This document shows, one piece after another, positions 40,096 to 53,179 of a DNA stretch of 64,000 nt. The translations under genes were made by a program, and so were the position numbers. The stretch is taken from positions 40,548,001 to 40,612,000 of the forward strand of contig NC_042997.1 of NCBI RefSeq assembly GCF_006345805.1, given 5' to 3'. The DNA comes from Octopus sinensis. Lineage: Eukaryota. The notes under the pieces are model-generated. The model ran no database searches and was not told the DNA's origin. It worked only from the letters and a program-made list of their open reading frames with translations. The number at the start of each line of letters is the position of its first letter. Positions within the stretch are counted from its first letter, which is position 1.

Positions 40096-40314
40096 GAGGG
40101 CGGCGAGCCGGCAGACACGTTAGCGCGCCGGGCGAAATGCTTAGCGGTATTTCGTCTGCCGTTACGTTCTGGGTTCAAATTCCGCCGAGGTCAACTTTGC
40201 CTTTCATCCTTTCGGGGTCGATAAATAAAGTACCAATTTCGCCTTGGGGTCGATGTAATCGACTTAATCCCTTTGTCTGTCCTTTTTTGTCTTCTCTATG
40301 TTTAGCCCTTTAGG
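40096..40314 (+). mobile_element. SINE family B, young copy with TSD
   Basis: Head ggcggcgagccggcag, B box gggttcaaattcc; TSD ACCAATTTAC at 40086-40095 and 40315-40324. Confidence 0.9.
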
Positions 40315-41061
40315 ACCAATTTACAGGTCCTTCAAAACATTTGATATATGCCACCAAATACAATACATACAGAGAAGAGTATTTTGGGAAAACTAAACTC
40401 ACTTAAAGAATGACATTAACAAATTCATCGTTATCAAGTGCGAGATCCCGGGACCAGATAAATTTCACTTGGTGAATATCTGAACACATGTACGAAAACC
40501 AAGTCTCCAAAATTTCTTGTCTTCCCACTCTATCAATGTGCAGACAATACCGCAGATCAAAGAATAATAAGTAAAGGAAATACAAGCTACGGCTGAACAG
40601 GATATTAAGACATCAGTAATACATGATTCGACTTTCTCTATGAATTAATTATTGTAGAAATATTCTATGTATGTCTATTCCTGCCCGTCCTTAAGAAAAC
40701 CAACTTTCATGTAGCAGTTACAATCGGACTTTTTTACTCTACACCTCGTTATCTTACTTCACACACTTGTTAACAAAGAAGGAGTATGTTTTAACATGTT
40801 CTATAGGAGTGAACAAGCAGTAATTGATAACATTAGTCTTTGGCAGAATAATAAACAATAACTAACTATAAATTTTATGTAAACAATTATATTTTTCAGT
40901 TGAAGTCAAGTTTCAGTCTTTATTGCCCCTGACGTAAGACTTTTTAACTCTTATTTCCAGCAATATAGCTGCTTCGACAAACTCAGTCACAATTAGTAAA
41001 GATTAAAGTTTTCGTTTTTGGTTTTATATTGCGCCTAGCTGTTTATATTAATTTATTTGTA

Positions 41062-41152
<91 letters not shown>

Positions 41153-42151
41153 CATATGTATATATGTATGTATGTGTACATGCACACACACACACACACA
41201 GTCGCGTATATATAATAAACGTGAATTTCACTGAAGATAGGAAGGTATCTCAAATATATTTGTTGAAGCCTCGATCATCAAAATCCACTGAATCTTTTGA
41301 CAAATCTCTATGGTTTCGTTTTCAATTAATTTGATTATTGTGTGATTCTGAAATAATTTTTTTGAATTTTTGACATCTAGAACTTCTTTTTATTTTACAA
41401 CCAGCAGCAGAGATTTATTGATGTATTTCTTTCCTGCAGAATTAGTCACATGGTCGTGTATGGATTCATTTCAGTAGCTACACAATTGCTGCATAATATA
41501 AGCCAATAAAATTTGAATTACTTTTTTCACAGCAACAGAATATATCGCACTTCAATTTGTTATTTCGAGCACGATATTATTGACAAGTATTTATTTCAGG
41601 ATTATTATAAAATTTAATACTCTTTTACAGCAAGTCCTAAATAGTTTAGATAGAGGTTATGTTACTAGTTTATCTCAGAAGATTTTTAAGCCATGTATCA
41701 ACACTTGGTTAATGTGGCACTTATCCAGTTATGACTCACAACCTTGTATCCTATCGAAGTCGGCTGCTGCAGTTTTCCATCAAAGTCGGCGCACTATTTC
41801 CTGCAGAAGATTGGTGTGGAACCCACACTGCTCTAGAAAACCAACAAGCCCAAGATCATTCTGGTTGGCAGGAGACCACAGAGGGAACTCTTCTGCAGGG
41901 GAAGTTTAATTTCGTTCTCCCCACCCAACTTGGGTGAAGAGTACAGGCTAAGAGGTAAAATGCTAGTGACATTGAGATACCGGCTGAAGATGCAAAATGG
42001 TGTCTTACATTGCGATAGCTTTAATCACTCATCAAGAACTTGCAATATCTTTAAGTAGTTCCCACAGTTTCTGCATGTGACAAAGCAGTTTTTTTATATT
42101 TATTTTACCTGACAAACTTCAACTTACCATGTAACGGGTAATGTAAGAAGT

Positions 42152-42540
42152 GGAGGCGCAATGGCCCAGTGGTTAGGGCAGCGGACTCGCGGTCGTAGGA
42201 TCGCAGTTTCGATTCCCAGACCGGGCGTTGTGAGTGTTTATTGAGCGAAAACACCTAAAGCCCCACGAGGCTCCGGCAGGGATGGTGGTGATCCCCGCTG
42301 TACTCTTTCACTACAACTTTCTCTCACTCTTACTTCCTGTTTCTGTTGTACCTGTATTTCAAAGGGCCGGCCTTGTCACTCTCTGTGTCACGATGAATAT
42401 CCCCGAGAACTACGTTTAAGGTACACGTGTCTGTGGAGTGCTCAGCCACTTACACGTTAATTTCACGAGCAGGCTGTTCCGTTGATCGGATCAACCGGAA
42501 CCCTCGTTGTCGTAACCAACGGAGTGCTTCCATCCATCCA
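42152..42540 (+). mobile_element. SINE family C, full-length young copy
   Basis: tRNA head ggaggcgcaatggcccagtggttagggcagcggactcgcggtc..gtttcgattccc, (CCAT)n tail and near-TSD aatgtRagaa. Confidence 0.9.
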
Positions 42541-42874
42541 ATGTGAGAAATATACTTTCGTTTTTTGTTGTTTATATCAAGTAATTTTACCTTTCTAAAA
42601 CAATTAAAATTTTAATTTCTTTTCCAATGTTCAAGGTGTTGATGTATGATAATGAAATAAATACTAATTTTCGATATAAATATATTTATTAAAATAATTA
42701 ATTTCGTGTTTGTTTATTTGCAATAAATATATGTCTTCGATAACAATAATACTGTTTAATTATCACTTAATTACTGATATAACATATTGATTACAGACAA
42801 TAATATACTACTACTACTACTACTACTACTGCTGCTACTACTACTACTACTAATAATAATAATAACAATAGCAC

Positions 42875-42910
<36 letters not shown>

Positions 42911-42934
42911 CAACAACAACAACAATAATAATAC

Positions 42935-43880
42935 AGGCTGTACATGATTAGGTGTAAACGTGGACGTGGGCTAATTAGCGAACAGGAGTGCATCAACAGA
43001 GAAAGAAGAAACATAGCAGAATACTTGGTAAACAGCAAACAAGACCCGCTACAATATGCTGCTAATGCAGAAGGAATTATCAAAAGTGGCCTTGAGAGTG
43101 CTAATGAATTCCCATCACGGATAGCCAACGAGAGAGAAGAAACTTTACTCCGCATGGAATTACATGGTCAGTTTCACCATGAAACTAATAACTTAAAAAA
43201 CCAGGAAGCATCATGGAGGTGACTCAGCAAGGGTGACCTTAAAAGAGAATATTGAAAGCCTAATCATCGCTGCCTAGGATCAGGCATTGAATACCAACTC
43301 TGTAGAAAGAGATATATACCACACAAGTACAACGAACCTCAGCAGTATGTGTGGGAAGAGGGTCGAAAACGTGACTCACATTATTAGTGCTTGTGAAAGT
43401 CTTGCGAAGAAAGACACGACAAAGTAGCCCAAAACTTCCACTGGGTACTATACTGGAAGTATGGATACGAGGTAACGGGTGCTTGGTACCAACATACACC
43501 GGAAAATATAATGGACGAAAAGGGGAAATCAAAAATCCTCTGGAACTTTGGCTTCCAGACACACAATGTGTTAGAGCACCGAAGGCCGGATATAGTAACC
43601 TTTAGGAGGGACAAACAAGAGTGCCATATAATCCTCGTGGCAGTGCCAGGTGATCAACATATTACCATGAAAGAAAGGGAAAAGTTTGATAAATATGGAG
43701 ACCTTAGAATTGAGATCGCCAAGATGTGGAGACTAGGAGAGTCAAGCATAAAGGTTGTCCCTGTTGTCATCGGAGGATTGGGTTCAATACCACCCAGACT
43801 GAAGAAACTGGGATCTAAAATTTAGGTGTATTGCAAACTGCACACATATTGCGTAAAGTACTGTCAGTCTGAGGTCTTTG
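42935..43880 (+). mobile_element. R4/Dong-clade RLE retrotransposon, decayed 3' portion, inserted after (AAT/AAC)n
   Basis: GRGLIS..LHGQF, a zinc-knuckle remnant (MCGKRVENVTHIISAC), RHDKVA, ILWNF..RRPDIV..EKFDKYGDL..VVPVVIGGLGSIP. Confidence 0.85.
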
Positions 43881-44030
43881 TTGTGAATCCGATATTAGGA
43901 ATCTTCCAGAGAAACAGTGCATCCTCACTGATCTTTGTGCTTGTAATGATGCCTTTGACTGAAATACTGCAGAAGACTAAGTTTGGAGTACAATCTGGGA
44001 AGTGGTTAAAGGTAAGCTTAACCACGTGCA
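43880..44030 (+). mobile_element. R4-type RT fragment placed out of order after the endonuclease
   Basis: GIFQRNSASSLIFVLVMMPLTEIL corresponds to the GIFQGDSLSPLLF..PL RT motif. Confidence 0.6.
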
Positions 44031-44065
44031 AAATCCTGAGGATTTCACAATCCAGACAGATCGAC

Positions 44066-44252
44066 CAGAAGAAAATTCTAACTGGGCCCCACCTGCAAGA
44101 TCATGTGCTGTTTATCTTTATATGAGATCACCATGTCGCGCACATTTGGTTGTGATGCATGTGTCTAGTGTACCCTTATCAGACGGGTATACTGGGCTTC
44201 GTATATTTTACCCCATTGTCACTTGGATGGCATGCACTGCTCTCTCACTCAA
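44066..44252 (+). mobile_element. 3' part of the (AAT)n-tailed element seen at 61149
   Basis: Close match to 61490-61683; ends ctctctcactc(AAT)n. Confidence 0.8.
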
Positions 44253-44286
44253 TAATAATGATAATAATGATGATAATAATGATGAT

Positions 44287-44455
44287 TTCAAATTTTTTGC
44301 CAAAAGGGCAGTTTTGGAAGGGGATTAAATCGATTACAGCGACACCCCAGTGCGTAGCTGGTACTTATTTAATCGACCATGAAAGTATGAAAGTCAAAGT
44401 CGACCACGACGGAAATTGAATTCAGAACGTAAAAACGGAGGAAATCCCGCTAAGG
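44287..44455 (-). mobile_element. SINE family B, diverged
   Basis: Reverse-complement similarity to the copy at 40099. Confidence 0.7.
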
Positions 44456-44568
44456 AGTGCTGCTGATGGGGGGACTCATAATACGGATGCAGATGTACTT
44501 ATAAGATATTCAACCATTCATCTATCAGAGCACGCGCATTTACACATACATTCACACTGATACATAAG

Positions 44569-44599
<31 letters not shown>

Positions 44600-45990
44600 T
44601 GCACGTTTGCACACACACTGATGCACGTATGTACACACACACAATAAATGTGAGAGAGTAAATATGATGTAATTTCTTGTTAGAGTTGATTATTGTTCCC
44701 TTACTTCGTGTTTTGTGTAGTCAAAGCGGTTGTCAGACTGCGCATGACTAAAAACAAAATTGAAAAATACAAAACATGCCAACGGAATTTATTATGAGCA
44801 TTTAGATTTTAAATGTATCAATGCAGAAAACTCGGTGTTTGTTTACCTACAGCTGTTTTTATTTATCGATGAGTCAACTGGATTTCACTTCTCGTAATTT
44901 GCTATATAAAATTTGTTTCCATGTTAGTATTTGTATATTATTTCCGTAATTTTTTGACTATCAGTTTGATAGATTACGATACGATGTATTATTTCGCTAC
45001 ACTATAACTAGCGATACGTTTCTTCTTTTATGTAAGATGCAGTATATATAATGACTGACCTGTCGTTATTGATTTGGTCAACATGTCGTTCTTTAAATTT
45101 CCATACATAATTGGAGAATGCTGCCGTGTTTTGCTTTTCCTAATTCCTTAAAATAGATTTATGGTTGAGGAACTCTTTTATATAGCTCCTCATCATGACT
45201 TTATTTGGCGCAGACTTCTTTGATATATTTATTTGTAACGGCAGCGAAGACCCCAATATACATACATTACAACATTACATACCTTTATATACATACATAC
45301 ATACATACATACATACATACAGGGAGAGTTTACGGAAAAAAACAAAAAACGAAGACGGTTGGTGTACAAAACAAACAGATATATTAGTGTATATGTGTGT
45401 ATATATATATTATATATATCTTTGCATATATACACATGCACACATACACACACACAAACGCTCATATGTGTGTGTGTGTATATATATGTATGTATGTATG
45501 TAGGTAGGTATGTAGGTATGTATGTATATTATCCTGCCCATGAAGTCAGCGATGTGATATCATTTGAAGGCTGCACCCGTTCTAGGAAGCGCATTGTCCC
45601 CAAGGGGGTATAACTGCATCCGAGAGTCTGGGTCAATAAAGTACAGATAGGGGATTCTATATGTGTTCTTTCTACATGTATAGCTTTCTAACGCCTTACC
45701 AGAAATAAAACACGTGTAGCGTAGAATTAAAAATATACCAAATTTTTCAAGTCCTTTGCGTATATGCACCTATTTATATATATATGAAATATTGTACACA
45801 CCTTGGAATACATACATCCCTCTCTCTTCACTGACACCTACAAACCTCTGCTTCCCCATTTCCCCGTCCTATATAACCGCTTCTCCTGTATACCTGTACG
45901 TGTAATTTTTGTTTGCATTACTCCACGTACTAAAGGAATACCCAGCCAAAATCTATACGTGAAGCCAGGAAAACCGAAGCAAACCACTGT

Positions 45991-46023
45991 CTGAGGACAG
46001 CTAATAAGCAGAAACTTCGAGTA
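45991..46023 (+). ncRNA. HHR-like core with disrupted stem I
   Basis: CTGAGGA-ca GCT aata AGC a-GAAACT tcg AGTA; the immediate flanks do not pair. Confidence 0.4.
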
Positions 46024-46783
46024 TTTTTCCTGAAATGTGTGTATATGTGTACGTATGTGTGTACGTACGTGTGTGTGTGTGTGTGTGCGCGCGCTGTGTG
46101 CCTGTGTGGTTTTGTATGCGTACCTTGCTTGTCTGTATTAAATCATTTGTCTGGTGTCCTTCTGAAATGATATTAGTCTAGTCATATCTGCGTCTCTGTT
46201 CTTACTTATGATACACTTCATTTAATTACTATAGTAAATGTTTGCAGACTTCACTATATTTCTCTTCATTTGTTTTTGCTCTGTTTTTGCTTTTTCTTTT
46301 CCTTTACGTGTCACTGGTTCACTGCATTCCGCTCTGTCTGTATTGACAGGCTGACTCTATTTCTCAATAATATTGCAAAAAGATAACATTCCAACATATA
46401 AGCTGTTTGTTATTTTGTTTTACAAGTCTATGCTCAATTTGTCTGGATACTCTCATTGCAAATCTATAGACTGATATGTAAATTTGTTCTGATATATGAC
46501 AGTCATATTTTATAAGACTACGCTGATTTTGTTGACGTTTAACCTAAGATTAGGTATGATCGAACGAAGATACGATAAACGCGTTCCAATCACAAACACT
46601 CTATCTATATTTTGTTGAAATTAATGCATCTAAGACCATATTATCAAACGTGTCCTTTCGTTTTCCTAATGGTATGGCGTCATTTGAAGGAGAGGATGCT
46701 GCTACCTCTTGCAGGTCTCTCCTAGACTCGTTAAGCCGAGGTAGTTATATTTAAATTTACAATTTGCTCTTTACAAGACAAGT

Positions 46784-47210
46784 GGCGTGTCGCTTAGTGG
46801 TTAGGGTCATTGGACTCAGAATCGTAGGATTGTGGTTTCGCTAAGGCGGCGAGCTGGCAGAATCGATAGCACGCCAGGCGAAATGCTTAGTATTTTGTCT
46901 GCCGTGACATTATGAGTTCAAATTCCGCCGAGGTCGACTTTGCCTTTCATCCTTTCGGGGTCGATTAAATAAGTACCAGTACGCACTGGGGTCGATGTAA
47001 TCGACTTAATCCGTTTGTCTATCCTTGTTTGTCCCCTCTAAGTTTAGCCCCTTGTGGGTAATAAAGAACTAAGGATTGTGGTTTCGATTCCTGGACCGGG
47101 TGACGCGTTGTATTCTTGAGCAAAACACTTCATTTTACACTACTCCAGTCCACTTAGCTGGCAAAAGTGAGTAATCTTGCGACGAACCGGTGTCCCGTCC
47201 AGGTGGCGGA
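46784..47210 (+). mobile_element. SINE C head split by a SINE B (46841-47071) with 15-bp TSD
   Basis: TSD AGGATTGTGGTTTCG at 46826-46840 and 47072-47086. Confidence 0.85.
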
Positions 47211-47389
47211 ATATATTTTTATTACAAGACAGGTTAATGATTGGTGTTGTTTCGTATCTTCTTACCAGAGCTGTTCTGTATTCATGGCGCAGACAACCGT
47301 TAGTGGATAAAATCGCATCGTGTATATGCGATATACAGTATTTAGTTATATATTCTCACTGAAATCATTGTATATATATATATACATAC

Positions 47390-47420
<31 letters not shown>

Positions 47421-47616
47421 CATATATATATATATATGTGTGTGTGTGAGAGGAGGGTGAGTGTGGGTGTGTGTGTGCATGTGTGTTTGCATGTGTGTGT
47501 GTATGTGTGTAAATAGTAAGGGATTACTCCAAAACATTTACCGCTTTGCTCACAGTTAGGGATTCAAAATAGGTTATTGAATAGTTAATATATAAATCCA
47601 ATATTGTTCTTATATT

Positions 47617-47849
47617 CTTTTACTCTTTTACTCTTCTACTTGTTTCAGTCATTTGACTGTGGCCATGCTGTATCACCCCCTTTAGTCGAGCAAATCGATC
47701 CCAGGACTTATTCTTTGTAAACCTAGTACTTATTCTATCGGGATCTTTTGCCGAACCGCTAAGTTACGGGGCCGTAAATACATCAGCATCGGTTGTCAAG
47801 CGATGTTGGGGACAGACACAGACGCACACACACACACACACACACACAC

Positions 47850-47902
<53 letters not shown>

Positions 47903-48075
47903 CAATATATACGACGGGCTTCTTTCAGTTTCCGTCTACCAAATCCCTCACAAGGTTTTGGTCGGCTGCCCTAGCTATAGTAGAAGACACTTGCCCAGGT
48001 GCCACGAAGTGGGACTGAACCCGAACCATGTAGTTGGTAAGCAATTTACTTACCTCACAGCCACTCCTACGCCTA
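47617..48075 (-). mobile_element. SINE family A, full length
   Basis: Reverse complement of the 34602 copy along its whole length. Confidence 0.9.
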
Positions 48076-48200
48076 TGTAATGAGAATTTAGAGATATATC
48101 CCGTTGGATAATTCTGAATATATTACCTTAACTATATATGTTTCCTGGAGTATATAATATCAGCAATAATAACAACAACAACAACAACAATAATAATAAC

Positions 48201-48235
<35 letters not shown>

Positions 48236-48261
48236 GAAGAAGAAGAAGAAGAAGAAGAAGA

Positions 48262-48367
48262 ATTATTACGAAGTTGCATAGCATTACCTTTGATTCTTTT
48301 AATATATATGCAGCTTTACATATATATTAAAAGAATTAAAGGTAATGCTGTGCAACTTTGTAATAAT
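48262..48367. repeat. Near-perfect inverted repeat, 49-bp arms, 8-nt spacer
   Basis: 48262-48310 pairs with 48319-48367. Confidence 0.85.
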
Positions 48368-48634
48368 CCTTATTATTATATATACGTGTGTGTATACGCT
48401 TGCGTGGTGATGTATATTACACACACGCGCGCGCATGCACCATTGTGTTTTAATTTTGCATATCATCTTCGAGAACATCTTACATTGTATAAAATTATTT
48501 TGTAGTGTCTTAACTACAAGTAGGTTACATAACCATTAAGCAAATGCATGTTTTTTTTTATCATTTTTGGCAGGCATTTCGGCAGGCAGAGATTTGGACT
48601 TGGTTGAAGTTTTAGAACGAATTGTCAATATAAG

Positions 48635-49262
48635 AGCTGGTAGAATCCCTATCAAGCCGGACAAGATACTTAGTGGCATTTCGTTCGTCTTTACGTTCTT
48701 GGTTCAAATTCCAGCGAAGTCGACTTTGCCTTTCAAATAAGTGCCAATTAAACAATGGGGTCGAGGAAATTGACTTAACCTCTCCCATGAAAATACTGAC
48801 CTTGTGCCCGAATTTTAAGCCAAAACTTACATATATTGGCGTAGTTGTATGATAAGAAGTTTGCTTCCTAACCACATGGTTCCGATTGCAGATCCACTGC
48901 GTGGCACCCTGGGCAAGGGTCTTCTACTATAGCCTCGGGCCAACCAAAGTCTTGTCAGTGAAATTGGTAGACGGAAACTGAAAGAAGCCCGTCATATATA
49001 TATGTGTGTGTGTGTGTGTGTGTTTGTGTGTGCGTGTATATATTTGTGTGTCTGTGTTTGTCCTCCCTCATCATCGCTTGACGACTGATGCTGGCGTGTT
49101 TAGGTCCCCGTAACTTAGCGGTTCTACAAGAGAGACCGATAGAACAAGTAGTAGGTTTACAGTGAATAAATACTGGAGTTGATTTCTTTGACTAAAATCC
49201 TTTAAGTCGGTGCTCCAGCATGGCCACCGTCAACGGACTGAAACAAGTAAAAGGATAAAAGA
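48635..49262 (+). mobile_element. SINE B (48635-48825) followed by SINE A (48838-49262)
   Basis: Similarity to the reference copies. Confidence 0.8.
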
Positions 49263-50649
49263 ATAGTGTATTAGATCAGCTTACGAACCAAAGGATCTAC
49301 ATTGAGTGTATGTGTGTGTGTGTGTTGACAGGCGAGGGTGGGAGAATAGATAGATAGATATCCATATACAAGTATATACAATTGTATAACTTTGTCGTTA
49401 ACGAAACCCCGTCGAATATGTTGTTGGTCAATGACTAGTTTGATAACCGTCTGTACTTTTTAAAAAATTTTCTTGTATTTTTCTTTTTCTTTCTTTGGCT
49501 TTTCTTTTACTTATTTCCCACATCGGTTTCATATGTAAAATAATTATTTTATATTGCAATCTATTCTTGCCCTCTGGAGTGGAAATTAATCTCCATTTTC
49601 TTACAACTTAGAACTATAATATTGTTTTAATATTATTCTTTGAACTTTCGAGTTTTTATGGATCTGCTGTGGCTTCCAAATTCAGTTCTTCCTTGTTTTT
49701 CCTTTTCTATCAGCGTTACTTATCCGTACGTACGTACATATGTAAGTACTGACGTACATGAATACGTATATAAATTCATACATACTTGCATATTTATGTA
49801 CGTACGTACAAATGTATGTGCGCGTGTACGAGCGCGCATGCGTCATATTTAATTTCTCTTGAGAATTGGTTTACATTCAGTAATTGACACTAAATAGGTT
49901 TGAAGTAACTGCTTATAGTCGAAAACTATAAATATTACATTGATGCTATAGTGATGCAATTAACCATAATGGTTTACATATATCTGTGTGTTTGTGTGTG
50001 TGTGTGTGTGTGTGAGTGAGTGCCTGTGTGTGTATGTGTGTGTGTGTAGCTTTTTATATATGTGTGTGTGTGTGTGTGTGTGGTTGTGTGTGTTTGTGTG
50101 TGTACGCATGTATGTATAATGTACATATTAAGTTGTCAGATTAACTCGTTCGTTATTTTCTACGTGGAAGCACATCGCCATAGATCTGAAAAGAGGTAAA
50201 ATTTATTCAAATATTAGAAACTATAAACAGCATTTGCAGAAGAAGAATAAACCTACACAACCCATAAAACACTCAGAGAAAAATATTTGCCATATTACTT
50301 CGGGTAACATTGGAAAGGATTAAAATAAATCGTTAGAGGTAGGGAACAAAAAAAAAAACAACTTATCAGCATCCAAACATCTGCGTCTAATCGTCTTATC
50401 TCTTCTTGAAATTAGTATCTATTATGAAGTGAAAAAATTCTTTCGTCACACTTTTGTGGCCAGCCCTGAATACAATTCCGGTATATCAGTTAAAATTCAG
50501 TGACGGAAAGCTTTTATAGGTCGCGGAGTATATCATTCCCTTCATATATTTCTTATATTTTCTCCTTTATCTGTTTTCTGTTGGTTATTAACTTTTGTTA
50601 ACATTCATTTAAAGTATTTCAGTTTAACATAAAATGTAATTACAAAACA

Positions 50650-50860
50650 GCGAAATGCCAGAATCGTTTGCATGTCAGGCAAAATGCTTAACTGCATTTC
50701 GTCCGTCTTTGTGTTCTGAGTTCAAATTCCGCCGAGCTTGACTTTGCCTTTCATCCTTTGGAGGTCGATAGAATAAGTACTAGTTGAATATTGGGATCGA
50801 TATAACGGACTTAGCACTTCCTTCAACATTGCTGACCTTGTGCCAACGTCTGAAATCAAT
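50650..50860 (+). mobile_element. SINE family B, diverged
   Basis: ctgagttcaaattccgccgagcttgactttgcctttcatcctttggaggtcgatag. Confidence 0.8.
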
Positions 50861-51461
50861 ATAAAAAGTAATTATATTTTGGTCTGTTTTTGTTTTGTAT
50901 GTAACTGGACCATGTGTTCATCTTCAATCAGAATGAGGTAACAGTAATCAACAGTACTTAAGGAATGCGTATCGCCCCATCCTCAATCGGTTTTACACGT
51001 TCTTTGAAAGTACTGCTGTAAACAGCGGGAGGGAGCTGGAACGTTAAAACTTAGTGCGAAAGCACAGCAGAGTTCTAGGTCAAGCAGCTTCACTCTACGT
51101 ACTTAGTTTCATTACCATAGCAAAAGTCCGGATACTTATTGATCAGATGTCGTATATATATATATATATATATAGGTAAACAGTAAAAATAATTACAGAC
51201 ATGGACAAGAACATGAAACACCACAGAGACGACACAAGAACCACAGGACGGGACATTCGAAGCCCTCAGTCATCAGTCAAGAACCAGATCATCTTAGCAA
51301 TTTCGGCTGATTAATCTTGAGATTAATATATATTAATCAGTATAAGGGTAGCAAAAAATTCAAAAAAATTTTTTCGCCACCAGTGGTCTAGTGAGAAAGA
51401 AAAATAGTCACAGACTATATATATATAATTTCAACAATATTAAGGAATGGCCCTGATAGGC

Positions 51462-51623
51462 CATTCGACCCACTAGAAAGAGCAGCCAAACTCAAACCGC
51501 TAAGTAGTTGTAATTCTGAAATCAAAGGAGAAATAAAAACATTTACCCTTATTCCTCCTTTGATTCCAGAATTACAACTATTTAGCGGTTGGAGTTTGGC
51601 TGCTCTTTCTAGTGGGTCGAATG
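51462..51623. repeat. Inverted repeat with about 75-bp arms inside (TA)n
   Basis: 51462-51536 pairs with 51549-51623, about 4 mismatches. Confidence 0.85.
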
Positions 51624-51661
<38 letters not shown>

Positions 51662-52053
51662 ATATGCAATTTAGTAGGAGAGCAGTATGCAATGTTTTAC
51701 CAAAAAGGAAAACTATAATTGTCACTAAATATGACTAGGGTGTTAGAACACCTACTTTTATGAAAATAAGATCTGAAAAGCTCTAATGCTGTGGTTAAAA
51801 CATATTATTGTATACATATCTACTGACCGTAATCGCCCGAAAGCACCGGTCGAGAAGTATATATATATATATAACAAGTAGAAAGATTTTTTTCAACGTG
51901 TAAATACTGAGCAGTATATATAATGGATAAAATCCTTTTTAAGAGCAGAAAAATTTGCCGGCAACAAGCCATTCTCTACTTGTTCGGCAATATATTTCAA
52001 CGCTTCAAAAACAAACTTATGTTTGTTTACTTATGACGTGATATATATATATA

Positions 52054-52100
<47 letters not shown>

Positions 52101-52188
52101 GCATATATGTATGTATATATCTATATCATATATACATATCTATATCTATATATGTGTGTGTCCGTCTATGTTTGTGAATATATATATC

Positions 52189-52220
<32 letters not shown>

Positions 52221-52291
52221 TGTATATATATAAATATATATGTGTGTGTGTGTGTGTGTTGTGTGTGTCTGTGTTTGTGTGTGTGTCTCTG

Positions 52292-52330
<39 letters not shown>

Positions 52331-52996
52331 TGTGTGTGATAGGTGCACTCAAATATTTGTGTGTTTTATTGCATGAAGGAAACCAATATTTCTGCTACTG
52401 ATAGAAAATGAATAGAAGTAAGAAAGAAAGAAGGAAAGAATGAAAGAAAAGGAGCAGGGGTATAGGAAGAATGGCGCGAGCAACAATTCACTGTTTGAAG
52501 TAAGTCGTTTTACAAGAAAATAATGCTAGCCTTTTGTTCCTTTCAACGAACTGTCAATAAGTGTTAATCTTTATTAACTCACTGGAAACGGTTTAAGACA
52601 TTTAGTAGTGCTCGTTGGAAAATGGCGTAAGTACGTCACTTATTAAAAGGTCTGAATAAGAGGCCCAAATGGCAATCTGACAGATGTCTATTGCCGGCTG
52701 ACATTGGGGGGTTTTCTCAATAATGCTTCTCGACACTTCCGCCAATGCTTTTATCAGCAGCAGGCGCACGTGCTGAACTACTTATGTTTAATTTGTCTTC
52801 TCTCTTACTTTCTCACTGTCACTGTCTGTTTGTCTATCCGTCTGTCTGTCTGTCTGCTCCTCTCTCTCTCTCTTTCTCTCTCACTCTTTCTTTCCGTTTC
52901 TACTTTTTTGCTTCCCACACTCTTATATTTTCCTCATAGATACACCATAAACTTTCGACAATAATGTGTAAGACCACCCTTACACACACAATACAC

Positions 52997-53027
<31 letters not shown>

Positions 53028-53121
53028 TATATATATATATATATATGTGTGTGGTGTGTGTGTGGTGTGTGTGGTGTGTTGTTGGTGTGTGTATATACAC
53101 ATGCATACGTACGTACATACA

Positions 53122-53153
<32 letters not shown>

Positions 53154-53179
53154 CAATATAGATTTGAGTTGAAACCATA

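Noticed and set aside
51250-51325. Minus-strand cagccGAAATTG.. and CTGATGA in a TA-embedded fragment
   Set aside because: The two half-motifs do not form compatible stems; possibly a truncated pLTR, but not callable as a ribozyme.
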